A program made the translations under genes and the position numbers. The notes below the pieces were generated by a model, which ran no database searches, had not been told where the DNA came from, and worked only from the letters and a program-made list of their open reading frames with translations. A stretch of 49,836 nucleotides of DNA from NCBI GenBank assembly GCA_947462515.1, contig CANHPJ010000001.1, forward strand, positions 1 to 49,836, in the 5' to 3' direction. Position 1 is the first letter of the stretch. The number at the start of each line of letters is the position of its first letter. The stretch is from Bacteroidota bacterium (GTDB taxonomy: Bacteria > Bacteroidota > Bacteroidia > JACCXN01). Below, piece by piece: positions 10,969 to 20,210 of this stretch.

Positions 10969-13239
10969 GTGAATTATTTAGATAAGTTAAATCAGGTTCA
11001 AAGGGAAGCGGCTTCTGAAACGGAAGGACCCATAATGATAATTGCTGGAGCCGGATCCGGCAAGACGAGAGTATTAACATACAGAATTGCACACTTATTG
11101 CATAAGGGGGTAGATGCGTTTAATATACTTTCGCTAACCTTCACAAATAAAGCGGCAAAAGAAATGAAAGATCGAATAGCAGAAATTGTCGGTGGAACTC
11201 AAGCACAAAATATTTGGGCTGGTACATTCCACTCAATATTCGCAAAAATTCTTCGTTTTGAGGCTGAAAAAATTGGTTTCATCGCCAATTTTACTATTTA
11301 CGATACAGATGATTCCAAAAGCTTAATCAAGACAATTTTAAAAGAACTTGGATTAGACGATAAAATTTATAAGCCGGCCTTGGTATATAATCGAATATCT
11401 TCAGCTAAAAACAATTTGATCTCCTCCTCTTCATACATTAATAATAAGGAAATCACTAATGAAGACAAATTAAGCGGAAAACCCAGAATAGGAGATATTT
11501 ATCAGCTTTATCAAAAGCGATTATTTAAATCATCGGCAATGGACTTCGATGATTTACTTTTTAACACTAATGTACTTTTGAGGGATCATCCTGATGTATT
11601 ACATAAGTACCAGCATAAATTCAAGTACATTATGGTTGACGAATATCAAGACACGAATTACTCGCAATACGTAATTGTTAAGAAACTCGCTGCACTTAAT
11701 GAAAACTTATGTGTTGTTGGTGACGATGCTCAAAGTATATATGCATTTAGAGGAGCTAACATTCAAAACATATTAAATTTCAAAACAGACTATCCAGATT
11801 TAAAAGTTTATAAACTCGAACAAAACTACCGATCGACGAAAAACATTGTAGAAGCAGCAAATGATATTATTTCAAAAAACAAAAATCAATTAAAAAAAGA
11901 TGTTTGGACAGACAATGAAATAGGGGAAAAAATATCCTTAATAAAAGCTCAAACTGACAATGAAGAAGGAACACAAGTTGCCCGATCAATTTTTGAAACG
12001 AAGATGAATAATCAAATTTCCAATGGAGATTTTGCAATTTTATATAGAACAAATGCTCAATCAAGAGCAATGGAGGAGGCACTAAGGAAATCAGGTATTG
12101 CCTATAAAATATATGGTGGATTATCGTTTTATCACAGAAAAGAAATAAAAGACCTACTTGCCTATTTTAGGCTAACTATCAACAATAACGATGAAGAAGC
12201 ATTTAAACGAATCATCAATTATCCGGCTAGGGGCATAGGACAGACTACTCAAGACAAAATCATTATGTCAGCCGGGCAGAGTGATAGGAAGATTTGGGAT
12301 ATGATAGAGAATTTAAATCAAGACACACTAGGATTAAACTCAGGAGCGATCGGAAAAGTAAACGAGTTTAAGGAAACAATAAAAAGCTTCAAAATAACAA
12401 TTAAGAATGAAAATGCCTATGAGGCGGGTCATCGGATTGCAGTTAGTTCGGGAATATTAAAAGAATTACATTCAGACAAAACACCTGAAGGTATAAGCAG
12501 ACATGAAAACATACAAGAATTACTCAACGGACTTAAAGAATTTTCAGAAAAGAAAATATCAGAAGGAGGGAAAGGCACGTTAGACGAATTTATGGAGGAG
12601 ATTGCCTTACTTACTGATTCAGAAAATGACAAAAACAATAATGAGCCCAAAGTTTCACTTATGACGATTCATGCGGCCAAGGGACTAGAATTTCCATACG
12701 TATACATTGTTGGACTTGAAGAAAACCTTTTCCCATCTCAAATGTCTCTTAATTCTAGAGATGATTTAGAGGAAGAAAGGAGGCTTTTTTACGTAGCAAT
12801 AACCAGGGCAGAAAAAAAAGCAACACTCTCCTATTCTACAACTAGATATAAATGGGGCAATTTAGCCTATTGTGAACCTAGCAGATTTTTGAAGGAGATA
12901 AATGAGAAATACATTGAAACTACCGAAAAATCCAAAGATGAAAACTTAAGCAATGTAAAAAAAATCAATTTAGAGAATAACATAAATAAATCGAATCTCT
13001 TTAACAGCGGGAATTTCACAAAAGTGAAAAAAGAGATAGGATCTGACGAATCTAGTTTTATAAGCGACGATTTAAAAATATTAAAAACAGGAATGAATGT
13101 GGAGCATCAAAGATTTGGAATTGGAAAAGTAATGGATTTAGAGGGAGAATTCCCTAATAAAAAGGCCACAGTCTTTTTTCAAAATGCAGGAGAAAAGCAT
13201 TTACTTTTACAATTCGCCAAATTAAAAATAATAGATTAA
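10969..13239 (+). CDS. ATP-dependent DNA helicase, UvrD/PcrA/Rep family (superfamily 1A)
   Basis: 756 aa. It has the N-terminal LNQVQREA motif, Walker A (AGAGSGKT), DEYQDT (motif II) and the conserved C-terminal VAITRAEKK. The start must be GTG at 10969, because no in-frame ATG precedes the conserved N-terminus. Confidence 0.93.
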   Translation: MNYLDKLNQVQREAASETEGPIMIIAGAGSGKTRVLTYRIAHLLHKGVDAFNILSLTFTNKAAKEMKDRIAEIVGGTQAQNIWAGTFHSIFAKILRFEAEKIGFIANFTIYDTDDSKSLIKTILKELGLDDKIYKPALVYNRISSAKNNLISSSSYINNKEITNEDKLSGKPRIGDIYQLYQKRLFKSSAMDFDDLLFNTNVLLRDHPDVLHKYQHKFKYIMVDEYQDTNYSQYVIVKKLAALNENLCVVGDDAQSIYAFRGANIQNILNFKTDYPDLKVYKLEQNYRSTKNIVEAANDIISKNKNQLKKDVWTDNEIGEKISLIKAQTDNEEGTQVARSIFETKMNNQISNGDFAILYRTNAQSRAMEEALRKSGIAYKIYGGLSFYHRKEIKDLLAYFRLTINNNDEEAFKRIINYPARGIGQTTQDKIIMSAGQSDRKIWDMIENLNQDTLGLNSGAIGKVNEFKETIKSFKITIKNENAYEAGHRIAVSSGILKELHSDKTPEGISRHENIQELLNGLKEFSEKKISEGGKGTLDEFMEEIALLTDSENDKNNNEPKVSLMTIHAAKGLEFPYVYIVGLEENLFPSQMSLNSRDDLEEERRLFYVAITRAEKKATLSYSTTRYKWGNLAYCEPSRFLKEINEKYIETTEKSKDENLSNVKKINLENNINKSNLFNSGNFTKVKKEIGSDESSFISDDLKILKTGMNVEHQRFGIGKVMDLEGEFPNKKATVFFQNAGEKHLLLQFAKLKIID

Positions 13240-13301
13240 AAATACTATGCAGGTTAGAATACTTATTAAAGCAAATTTTAAAAAATTTAATTCTTAATTT
13301 A

Positions 13302-13309
13302 TATATTTG
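13302..13309 (+). promoter_or_regulatory. Candidate -7 box (TATATTTG) upstream of DUF4290-murA
   Basis: An exact TAnnTTTG match, 11 nt before the first ATG (13320) and 32 nt before the second (13341). Confidence 0.35.
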
Positions 13310-13340
13310 ATTTTTACTTATGAATAAAAGAGATACTAAA

Positions 13341-13979
13341 ATGGAATTAGAGTACAACACTGTTCGACCGCATTTAAGACTTACAGAATATGGAAGAAAC
13401 ATTCAAAAAATGATTAACCATGCCATTGAGGAAGAAGATAGAGAAAAAAGAAACATTATTGCAAGGGCAATTATTGCAGTCATGGGTCAGTTAAATCCGC
13501 ATCTAAGGGACGTACATGATTTTACGCACAAATTATGGGATCATTTATTTATAATTTCTGATTTCAAACTGGATGTAGATTCACCCTATCCAAAACCATC
13601 CAAGGAAACATTAACAGAGACCCCAGAAAAAATTAATTATCCGAGAAAAGACATAAAATATCTTCACTATGGTAAAAACATAGAATTAATGATTTCAAAA
13701 GCCATAAAAATGGAAAATGGATCTGAAAAAGATGCTTTAATTGAGGTAATTGCCAACCTAATGAAAAAATTCTATGTTAATTTCAATAGAGAAAACGTAA
13801 CGGATGAAATTATATTTGAACAATTAGAAAAACTATCAAAGGGGGAAATAAAACCGGGAAATTTAAGACTTACGAACGTTCAGGATTTAGTTGCAAGAAC
13901 TGTAAATGCGGGCTTGACAAAGAAAAAGAACCTCGGGACTAAACCAATGACAGGAAAAACTCAAAAGAAAAAATATTAA
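13341..13979 (+). CDS. Conserved hypothetical protein, DUF4290-like
   Basis: The ORF track starts at 13320. I prefer the ATG at 13341 (MELEYNTVRPHLRLTEYGRNIQKMI...), which matches my memory of DUF4290 N-termini and leaves a leader after the -7 box. This family sits immediately upstream of murA in many Bacteroidota. Confidence 0.7.
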   Translation: MELEYNTVRPHLRLTEYGRNIQKMINHAIEEEDREKRNIIARAIIAVMGQLNPHLRDVHDFTHKLWDHLFIISDFKLDVDSPYPKPSKETLTETPEKINYPRKDIKYLHYGKNIELMISKAIKMENGSEKDALIEVIANLMKKFYVNFNRENVTDEIIFEQLEKLSKGEIKPGNLRLTNVQDLVARTVNAGLTKKKNLGTKPMTGKTQKKKY

Positions 13980-14001
13980 TAAATTTAAGATAGATTAACT
14001 C

Positions 14002-15309
14002 ATGAGCTCATTTGAAATTATTGGCGGCAAACCGTTGAAAGGAGAATTAATACCACAAGGAGCAAAAAATGAAGCGCTTCAAATAATTTGTGCAGTATTA
14101 TTAACTCCGGAAAAAGTTACTTTGAGAAACATTCCTGAAATTCTGGATGTAATTAAATTGATTGAATTACTAAAATCAATGGGAGTTAAAGTTGAAAAAA
14201 CAGGACTCAATGACTATACATTTCAATCAGACGAAATAAATTTAAATTTTTTAACTACTTCAGAGTTTAAAAAACAAGCTGCAAGTTTACGAGGCTCAAT
14301 TATGATTGTTGGCCCAATGCTGGCAAGATTCGGAGTAGGTTATATTCCACGACCTGGTGGTGATAAAATTGGAAGAAGAAGACTAGATACCCATTTTATA
14401 GGTTTTCAAAATTTGGGAGCAAAATTCATTTATGACACCAACGAGAGTTTCTATAAAGTTGAAGGAAAAAATTTAAAAGGATGTTACATGTTACTCGACG
14501 AGGCTTCTGTAACAGGCACTGCGAATATAATCATGGCAGCAGTCATGGCAGAAGGAATAACAACTATATTTAATGCCGCATGTGAACCATATATTCAGCA
14601 GCTATGCAAAATGTTAAATAGTATGGGGGCCAAAATAACAGGAGTGGGTTCTAATCTCCTAAAGATTGAAGGAATTAAATATCTGACCGGATGCGAACAT
14701 AAAATATTGCCCGACATGATAGAGATTGGGAGTTTTATTGGATTGGCTGCAATGACAGGTTCAGAGATAACGATAAAAGATGTAAGCTATAATGAACTTG
14801 GAATTATTCCAGATGTATTTAGGAGACTCGGAATAATCGTTGAGAAGCGTAACGACGATATCTACATACCAAGTCAAAGTAATTATGAAATTGATACTTT
14901 TATTGACGGATCAATAATGACTATTGCAGATGCTCCTTGGCCAGGCTTAACTCCCGACTTGTTGAGTATTGTACTAGTTGTTGCTACCCAAGCAAAAGGG
15001 AGTGTACTTATTCATCAAAAAATGTTTGAAAGCAGATTATTCTTCGTAGATAAATTAATAGATATGGGAGCTCAAATCATATTGTGCGACCCACATAGGG
15101 CAAATGTTATTGGACTAAACAAGCAATTTCCATTGAAGGGTATTTCGATGACTTCACCAGATATCAGGGCGGGAGTATCATTATTAATAGCGGCTTTATC
15201 TGCTCAGGGAAAAAGCACGATACATAATATTGAGCAGATTGATAGAGGATATGAAAACATTGATTTACGTTTACAAAAACTTGGTGCAGAGATTAAAAGA
15301 ATAGATTAA
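14002..15309 (+). CDS. murA: UDP-N-acetylglucosamine 1-carboxyvinyltransferase
   Basis: 435 aa with the EPSP-synthase/MurA fold pattern (GAKNEAL, active-site loop RPGGDKIGRRRLDTH). Asp121 replaces the catalytic Cys of E. coli MurA. Confidence 0.95.
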   Translation: MSSFEIIGGKPLKGELIPQGAKNEALQIICAVLLTPEKVTLRNIPEILDVIKLIELLKSMGVKVEKTGLNDYTFQSDEINLNFLTTSEFKKQAASLRGSIMIVGPMLARFGVGYIPRPGGDKIGRRRLDTHFIGFQNLGAKFIYDTNESFYKVEGKNLKGCYMLLDEASVTGTANIIMAAVMAEGITTIFNAACEPYIQQLCKMLNSMGAKITGVGSNLLKIEGIKYLTGCEHKILPDMIEIGSFIGLAAMTGSEITIKDVSYNELGIIPDVFRRLGIIVEKRNDDIYIPSQSNYEIDTFIDGSIMTIADAPWPGLTPDLLSIVLVVATQAKGSVLIHQKMFESRLFFVDKLIDMGAQIILCDPHRANVIGLNKQFPLKGISMTSPDIRAGVSLLIAALSAQGKSTIHNIEQIDRGYENIDLRLQKLGAEIKRID

Positions 15310-15327
15310 ATTCAAAAACTAAAAATC

Positions 15328-15861
15328 ATGAAAAAAATAAATTTAATAATAGGAGTTATTGCTCTTTCATTTCTTGGATTAAGTTTTATAAAAAAACAAG
15401 ACAAAGCAGAAACCGGAACAGAAATAGGTAACAAAGCACCTGAATTAGCTTATAAAAATCCAGAAGGCAAAACAATAAAGCTATCATCATTAAAAGAAAA
15501 AATAGTTTTGATTGATTTTTGGGCATCTTGGTGTGGTCCATGCAGAAGAGAGAACCCAAATGTAGTTGCTGCATACAATAGATTTAAAGATAGTAAATTC
15601 AAAAACGCAAAAGGATTTACTATTTACAACGTGTCTTTGGACAATAATGCAGATGCTTGGAGAAGTGCAATCGAAAAGGATGGATTAACATGGACAAATC
15701 ATGTTAGTGATCTTAAAGGATGGCAGTCTGAAGGGGCAAAAATTTACGGAGTAAATTCAATTCCAATGAATTTTTTAATAGATGGCAATGGAATGATTAT
15801 CGCCAAAAACTTGAGAGGTACGATGCTGACTCTAGAAATTGAAAAACTAATAAAACAATAA
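15328..15861 (+). CDS. TlpA/ResA-like thiol:disulfide oxidoreductase (secreted or membrane-anchored thioredoxin fold)
   Basis: 177 aa with an N-terminal hydrophobic signal or anchor and a WASWCGPCRRENP CxxC active site. Confidence 0.88.
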   Translation: MKKINLIIGVIALSFLGLSFIKKQDKAETGTEIGNKAPELAYKNPEGKTIKLSSLKEKIVLIDFWASWCGPCRRENPNVVAAYNRFKDSKFKNAKGFTIYNVSLDNNADAWRSAIEKDGLTWTNHVSDLKGWQSEGAKIYGVNSIPMNFLIDGNGMIIAKNLRGTMLTLEIEKLIKQ

Positions 15862-15896
15862 TTACAAGGAATAAAACACTTTAAATAGTGGAAATG

Positions 15897-15922
15897 ATTG
15901 ATGGTTATCAATTTATTTTTTT
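15897..15922 (+). terminator. Weak hairpin plus T-tract downstream of the thioredoxin gene
   Basis: attgat-ggtt-atcaat (6-bp AT-rich stem) followed by ttattttttt. The stem is short. Confidence 0.3.
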
Positions 15923-15967
15923 GCCAAAAAACACAAATTAACTGACAAAATGACTCACTAAAAATTA

Positions 15968-15982
15968 TGGCAAAAAAATTGT
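15968..15982 (+). promoter_or_regulatory. Sigma-54-like -24/-12 element (TGGCA-N6-TTGT) upstream of grpE
   Basis: The sequence tggcaaaaaaattgt matches TGGCA-N6-TTGC with correct spacing at all positions except the final C. It lies 53 nt upstream of the 16035 ATG and is also one arm of a 12-nt perfect inverted repeat. Confidence 0.25.
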
Positions 15983-16034
15983 AATGCAGACAAAACTTCT
16001 AGTAAATAAAATAAACAGAATATATAACCGAATT

Positions 16035-16592
16035 ATGAATAAAAAAGAAAACAATCAGGAGATGAATACTGAGAATTTAGAAAATTTAGACGATACACAT
16101 ACAACGGAATCTGAGTTACAAGAGGAGAAAGCTCAAGAAGAAATCACTAATGATTCATTGCAAAGTAAAATAGATGAATTAAATGATAGGTATTTAAGGT
16201 TATATTCGGAATTTGACAATTACAAAAAAAGGACAGGTAAGGAGAGAATTGATTTGATAAAAACTGCCGGTATTGAAATAATTTCAGAGATGATACCTGT
16301 ATTAGATGATCTTGAGCGAGCTGTTAAATCAAATGAAAAAGTAAATGATATAGAAGCAATAAAAAACGGCATTAAACTAATTTTCAACAAATTAGCAAAT
16401 TCACTAACAAAAAAAGGATTAGAACCTTTAGAATCAATAGGGAACGATTTTGATGCAGAATTACACGAAGCAATAACAAGCATAGCTGCTCCAAGTGAAG
16501 AAATGAAAGGAAAGATAGTCGACGAGGTAGAAAAAGGATACTTACTAAATGGAAAAGTGATAAGATATGCCAAGGTTATAGTAGGTAATTAA
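16035..16592 (+). CDS. grpE: Nucleotide exchange factor GrpE
   Basis: It has an acidic N-terminus and the GrpE core (RLYSEFDNYKKRTGKE...PVLDDLERA...HEAI). The ORF track starts at 15984. I chose the ATG at 16035 (185 aa), but the start is uncertain. Confidence 0.85.
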   Translation: MNKKENNQEMNTENLENLDDTHTTESELQEEKAQEEITNDSLQSKIDELNDRYLRLYSEFDNYKKRTGKERIDLIKTAGIEIISEMIPVLDDLERAVKSNEKVNDIEAIKNGIKLIFNKLANSLTKKGLEPLESIGNDFDAELHEAITSIAAPSEEMKGKIVDEVEKGYLLNGKVIRYAKVIVGN

Positions 16593-16635
16593 GAAGTGAA
16601 GGAAAAGAAAATAAAAATAAAAGAGAAATAAGAAT

Positions 16636-17775
16636 ATGTCGAAGAGAGATTACTATGAAGTATTAGGTGTTCAGAGAAATGCACCTGCTGATGAGATAAA
16701 AAAAGCATATCGTAAATTGGCAATAAAATATCATCCCGACAAAAATCCTGGAAACAAGGAGGCAGAGGAGAGTTTTAAAGAAGCTGCTGAGGCATATGAA
16801 GTTTTAAGTAATGCTGATAAAAAGGCGAAATACGATAGATTTGGACATTCAGCAGGAGCAGGAAGTTCAGCTGGAGGAGGAATGAATATGGACGATATTT
16901 TCTCTCATTTTGGAGACATATTTGGAGGTGCCTTTGGAGGTGGTGGAGGATTCGGCGGACAGCAAGGAAGAGGCAGACGAGTTAACAGAGGCTCGAACAT
17001 TCGAGTGAAGGTAAAAGTGAATTTAAATGAAATAGCCTACGGTTGCGAAAAAAAAATCAAAGTAAATAAACAAATCCATTGTAATAGTTGCAGTGGTCAG
17101 GGCGCACAAAACACATCAGACTTTTCAACTTGTTCCACTTGCAGAGGAACAGGACAGGTCACGAGAATAACGAATACCATTTTAGGACAAATGCAAACAT
17201 CCTCTGTTTGCCCTACCTGTGAAGGGGAAGGAAAAATAATAACTAATAAATGTAAATCTTGTTTTGGAGAAGGAGTTGTAAAAGGAGAGGAAATAATTAC
17301 AATAAATCTTCCTGCGGGTGTTGAAGATGGCATGCAACTATCTATGGGAGGAAAAGGTAACGCTGCAAAACGTGGAGGAATTCCAGGGGACTTAATAGTT
17401 GTAATAGAAGAGATTGAAGACGAAAACCTAAAAAGAGACGGCAATAATTTATTCTACGAGCATTATATTAGTATAAGCGATGCCATACTAGGTAGTTCTG
17501 CAGAAATACCTACCATAGAGGGGAAAGCAAAAATCAAAATTGAGCCTGGTACTCAACCAGGAAAAACTTTAAGATTAAAAGGAAAAGGCTTGCCAACAAT
17601 AAATAGTTATGGAAAAGGGGATCTATTGGTGAATGTTAATGTGTGGATTCCGCAGAACTTAGATAAAGACGAACAGAAAATAATTGAAAAGATAAAAGAT
17701 TCCGAAAATTTTAAACCGAAGCCAGGAAAGCAGGAAAAAAGTTTTTTTTCGAAGATGAAAGATTATTTTGAATAA
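16636..17775 (+). CDS. dnaJ: Molecular chaperone DnaJ
   Basis: 379 aa with a J-domain (YHPDKNPG), a G/F-rich linker and four CxxCxGxG zinc-finger repeats. Confidence 0.97.
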   Translation: MSKRDYYEVLGVQRNAPADEIKKAYRKLAIKYHPDKNPGNKEAEESFKEAAEAYEVLSNADKKAKYDRFGHSAGAGSSAGGGMNMDDIFSHFGDIFGGAFGGGGGFGGQQGRGRRVNRGSNIRVKVKVNLNEIAYGCEKKIKVNKQIHCNSCSGQGAQNTSDFSTCSTCRGTGQVTRITNTILGQMQTSSVCPTCEGEGKIITNKCKSCFGEGVVKGEEIITINLPAGVEDGMQLSMGGKGNAAKRGGIPGDLIVVIEEIEDENLKRDGNNLFYEHYISISDAILGSSAEIPTIEGKAKIKIEPGTQPGKTLRLKGKGLPTINSYGKGDLLVNVNVWIPQNLDKDEQKIIEKIKDSENFKPKPGKQEKSFFSKMKDYFE

Positions 17776-17800
17776 ATAAATTAAAACAAGCTCAATCTAA

Positions 17801-17832
17801 CTAAACCTCCTATTGGGGGTTTAGTTATGTTT
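17801..17832 (+). terminator. Rho-independent terminator after dnaJ
   Basis: ctaaacctcc-tatt-gggggtttag forms a 10-bp stem (one G-U pair) with a 4-nt loop, followed by the T-rich ttatgttt. Confidence 0.65.
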
Positions 17833-17833
17833 G
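17826..17833 (+). promoter_or_regulatory. Candidate -7 box (TATGTTTG) for the ABC transporter operon
   Basis: An exact TAnnTTTG match 23 nt upstream of the ATG at 17857. It overlaps the dnaJ terminator tail. Confidence 0.35.
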
Positions 17834-17856
17834 GAATATACTGATGCCCGGGTAGT

Positions 17857-18792
17857 ATGGAAATTTTATCAACACATGACGTTACAAAAGTATATGGTAA
17901 TCAAACTGCATTAAATGCAGTTTCAATAAAGGTACCCGAAAAAAGTATTTTTGGACTCTTAGGCCCAAATGGTGCAGGAAAAACCTCGTTAATAAGGATA
18001 ATAAACCAAATTACAGGACCAGATAGTGGTGAAGTAATCTTTAACGGAGAGAAGCTAAATTCAAAGCATATAAATCAGATAGGATATTTACCTGAAGAAA
18101 GAGGCCTATATAAAAAGATGGAAGTTGGTGAACAAGCCTTATATCTTGCTAGATTAAAAGGTCTTTCGAAGAAGGATGCTACAGATAGACTAAAATATTG
18201 GTTTGAAAAGTTTGACATAAAACCCTGGTGGAATAAAAAAATAGAGGAATTAAGTAAAGGAATGGCTCAGAAGGTACAGTTTATAGTCACTGTGCTGCAC
18301 GAACCTTCTTTATTGATATTAGATGAACCATTTAGTGGCTTTGATCCAATAAATGCTAATCTGATAAGAGATGAAATATTGGAATTGAAAAAAAATGGTA
18401 CTACTATCATCTTATCAACACATAATATGTCGTCGGTGGAGGAGCTTTGTGATAATATTGCATTAATAAACAGGGCTCACAAAATATTAGACGGATCGGT
18501 AAAAGACATTAAAAATCAATTTAAAACAAACACATTTGAAATTCAGTTTAAGGGCAATCATATAGGTTTCACCAATGCTTTATGGAGTGAATTTGAGCTG
18601 ATTGATATAAATAAAGAAGATGAAATTTCAAAAGCAAAGGTTAAATTACTGAACAACAAAAAAGTAAATCATTTACTGACTACAATTCTACCTGAAGTAG
18701 AAATAGTATCAATAAATGAAGTTATTCCAAGTATGAATGAGATATTTATTCAAAAAATAAACGAATTCAAAACAAATTACCCGAATATCTGA
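17857..18792 (+). CDS. ABC transporter ATP-binding protein (ABC-2 / NatA-DrrA-like)
   Basis: 311 aa with Walker A (GPNGAGKTS), signature LSKGMAQK and Walker B (LLILDEP), plus a C-terminal extension typical of ABC-2 ATPases. Confidence 0.9.
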   Translation: MEILSTHDVTKVYGNQTALNAVSIKVPEKSIFGLLGPNGAGKTSLIRIINQITGPDSGEVIFNGEKLNSKHINQIGYLPEERGLYKKMEVGEQALYLARLKGLSKKDATDRLKYWFEKFDIKPWWNKKIEELSKGMAQKVQFIVTVLHEPSLLILDEPFSGFDPINANLIRDEILELKKNGTTIILSTHNMSSVEELCDNIALINRAHKILDGSVKDIKNQFKTNTFEIQFKGNHIGFTNALWSEFELIDINKEDEISKAKVKLLNNKKVNHLLTTILPEVEIVSINEVIPSMNEIFIQKINEFKTNYPNI

Positions 18793-18794
18793 TA

Positions 18795-20132
18795 ATGAGA
18801 AAAATTCTTTTAATAATTCAACGAGAATATTTAACTAGAGTCAAGAAAAAATCATTTTTAATAATGACTATAATAGGACCATTATTAATGGCAGCATTAA
18901 TGATTGGTTCAATTTGGATGAGTATTGGAATAGAAGAAAGTCAAAAAGTACTGGTTGTAGATGAATCTAGAATGTTTGCTCAGCTAAAAAATTCGGATAG
19001 AGTTCATTTTTATTACACGACGATGAAATTATCGGAAGCCAAAGAAAAATTTCATGAGTCAGAATATACAAGTTTAATATACATACATCCAAAAATATTT
19101 GAAGGAAATGCTGCAGAGTTGTTTTACAAAAAACAACCTGGATTACTGGCTTATAAGTATATAGAGAGCACCTTGGAGGAGAGACTTGAGCAATACAAAT
19201 TAATGCGTCTGAAAAGGATGGTTAAAAGCGAATTACTTGATGATTTTTATAGGGATATAAAAACTAGCCTTACGATAAAGCCAATAAACTATAGTGAACC
19301 TGGAAAGGAAAAAAAAGAAAGTAAAGAAGCCGGATATATTGGATTTGTCTTTGCCGTATTAATTTATCTATTTATTTTCATGTATGGAGTTCAAGTGATG
19401 CGAGGAGTAATAGAGGAGAAAACAAGCCGCATAATTGAAGTAATTATTTCTTCAGTAAAACCATTTGAACTGATGATGGGTAAAATAATGGGAATAGCCT
19501 TGGTAGGGTTAACTCAGTTTGTGCTATGGATAATTCTTACAACGGGAATAATTACTATTGCAAAGCAGGTTTTTTTCAAAGAAAAATATAATATTGAAGA
19601 AGTAGCAAAAGGTCAAATGAGTATTCAGATGATGAGAGAATTGCAATCTGAAAAGCCTCAGCTTAATCAAGAAGAAATTAGTTCAGTGATTGACAGAATA
19701 AATTTTCCATATATGATAGGGATGTTTTTATTTTATTTTATGGGAGGATATTTACTATACGGAGCATTATTTGCAGCAATTGGATCGGCTGTTGATAGTG
19801 AATCTGACACGCAGCAGTTCATGTTGCCGGTGACTATACCATTAATTTTTGCGTTTATGGTAGCTCAAAGCGCTATGCAGAATCCACAGGGACCTGTAGC
19901 GGTATGGGCATCAATTATTCCCCTCACCTCCCCTATTGTAATGATGATTAGAATTGCAACAGTACCATTCAATGAATTGGCACCACAATTGTTGTTGTCT
20001 ATGGTATTACTGGTAGTCGCATTTGTTTTGGCTACCTTGATGGCAGGAAAAATTTATAGAACAGGAATATTGATGTATGGAAAAAAAGTTAACTATAAAG
20101 AGCTTTGGAAATGGATTTTTTTCAAAAACTGA
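18795..20132 (+). CDS. ABC-2 family transporter permease (NatB-like)
   Basis: 445 aa starting 2 nt after the ATPase stop. It has one N-terminal TM segment, a large extracytoplasmic loop and then about 5 C-terminal TM segments. Confidence 0.82.
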   Translation: MRKILLIIQREYLTRVKKKSFLIMTIIGPLLMAALMIGSIWMSIGIEESQKVLVVDESRMFAQLKNSDRVHFYYTTMKLSEAKEKFHESEYTSLIYIHPKIFEGNAAELFYKKQPGLLAYKYIESTLEERLEQYKLMRLKRMVKSELLDDFYRDIKTSLTIKPINYSEPGKEKKESKEAGYIGFVFAVLIYLFIFMYGVQVMRGVIEEKTSRIIEVIISSVKPFELMMGKIMGIALVGLTQFVLWIILTTGIITIAKQVFFKEKYNIEEVAKGQMSIQMMRELQSEKPQLNQEEISSVIDRINFPYMIGMFLFYFMGGYLLYGALFAAIGSAVDSESDTQQFMLPVTIPLIFAFMVAQSAMQNPQGPVAVWASIIPLTSPIVMMIRIATVPFNELAPQLLLSMVLLVVAFVLATLMAGKIYRTGILMYGKKVNYKELWKWIFFKN

Positions 20133-20133
20133 C

Positions 20134-20185
20134 TCACCTGTAGACATTATAATTGTTTTCACTTGTAGTAAAATAAACAATTATA
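20134..20185. repeat. Composite direct plus inverted repeat between the permease and ppx genes
   Basis: TCACnTGTAG occurs twice (20134-20143 and 20159-20168). An 11-bp perfect inverted repeat pairs tataattgttt (20148-20158) with aaacaattata (20175-20185). Confidence 0.5.
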
Positions 20186-20210
20186 GGTTAAAATAATTAA
20201 CAATCAGTTT

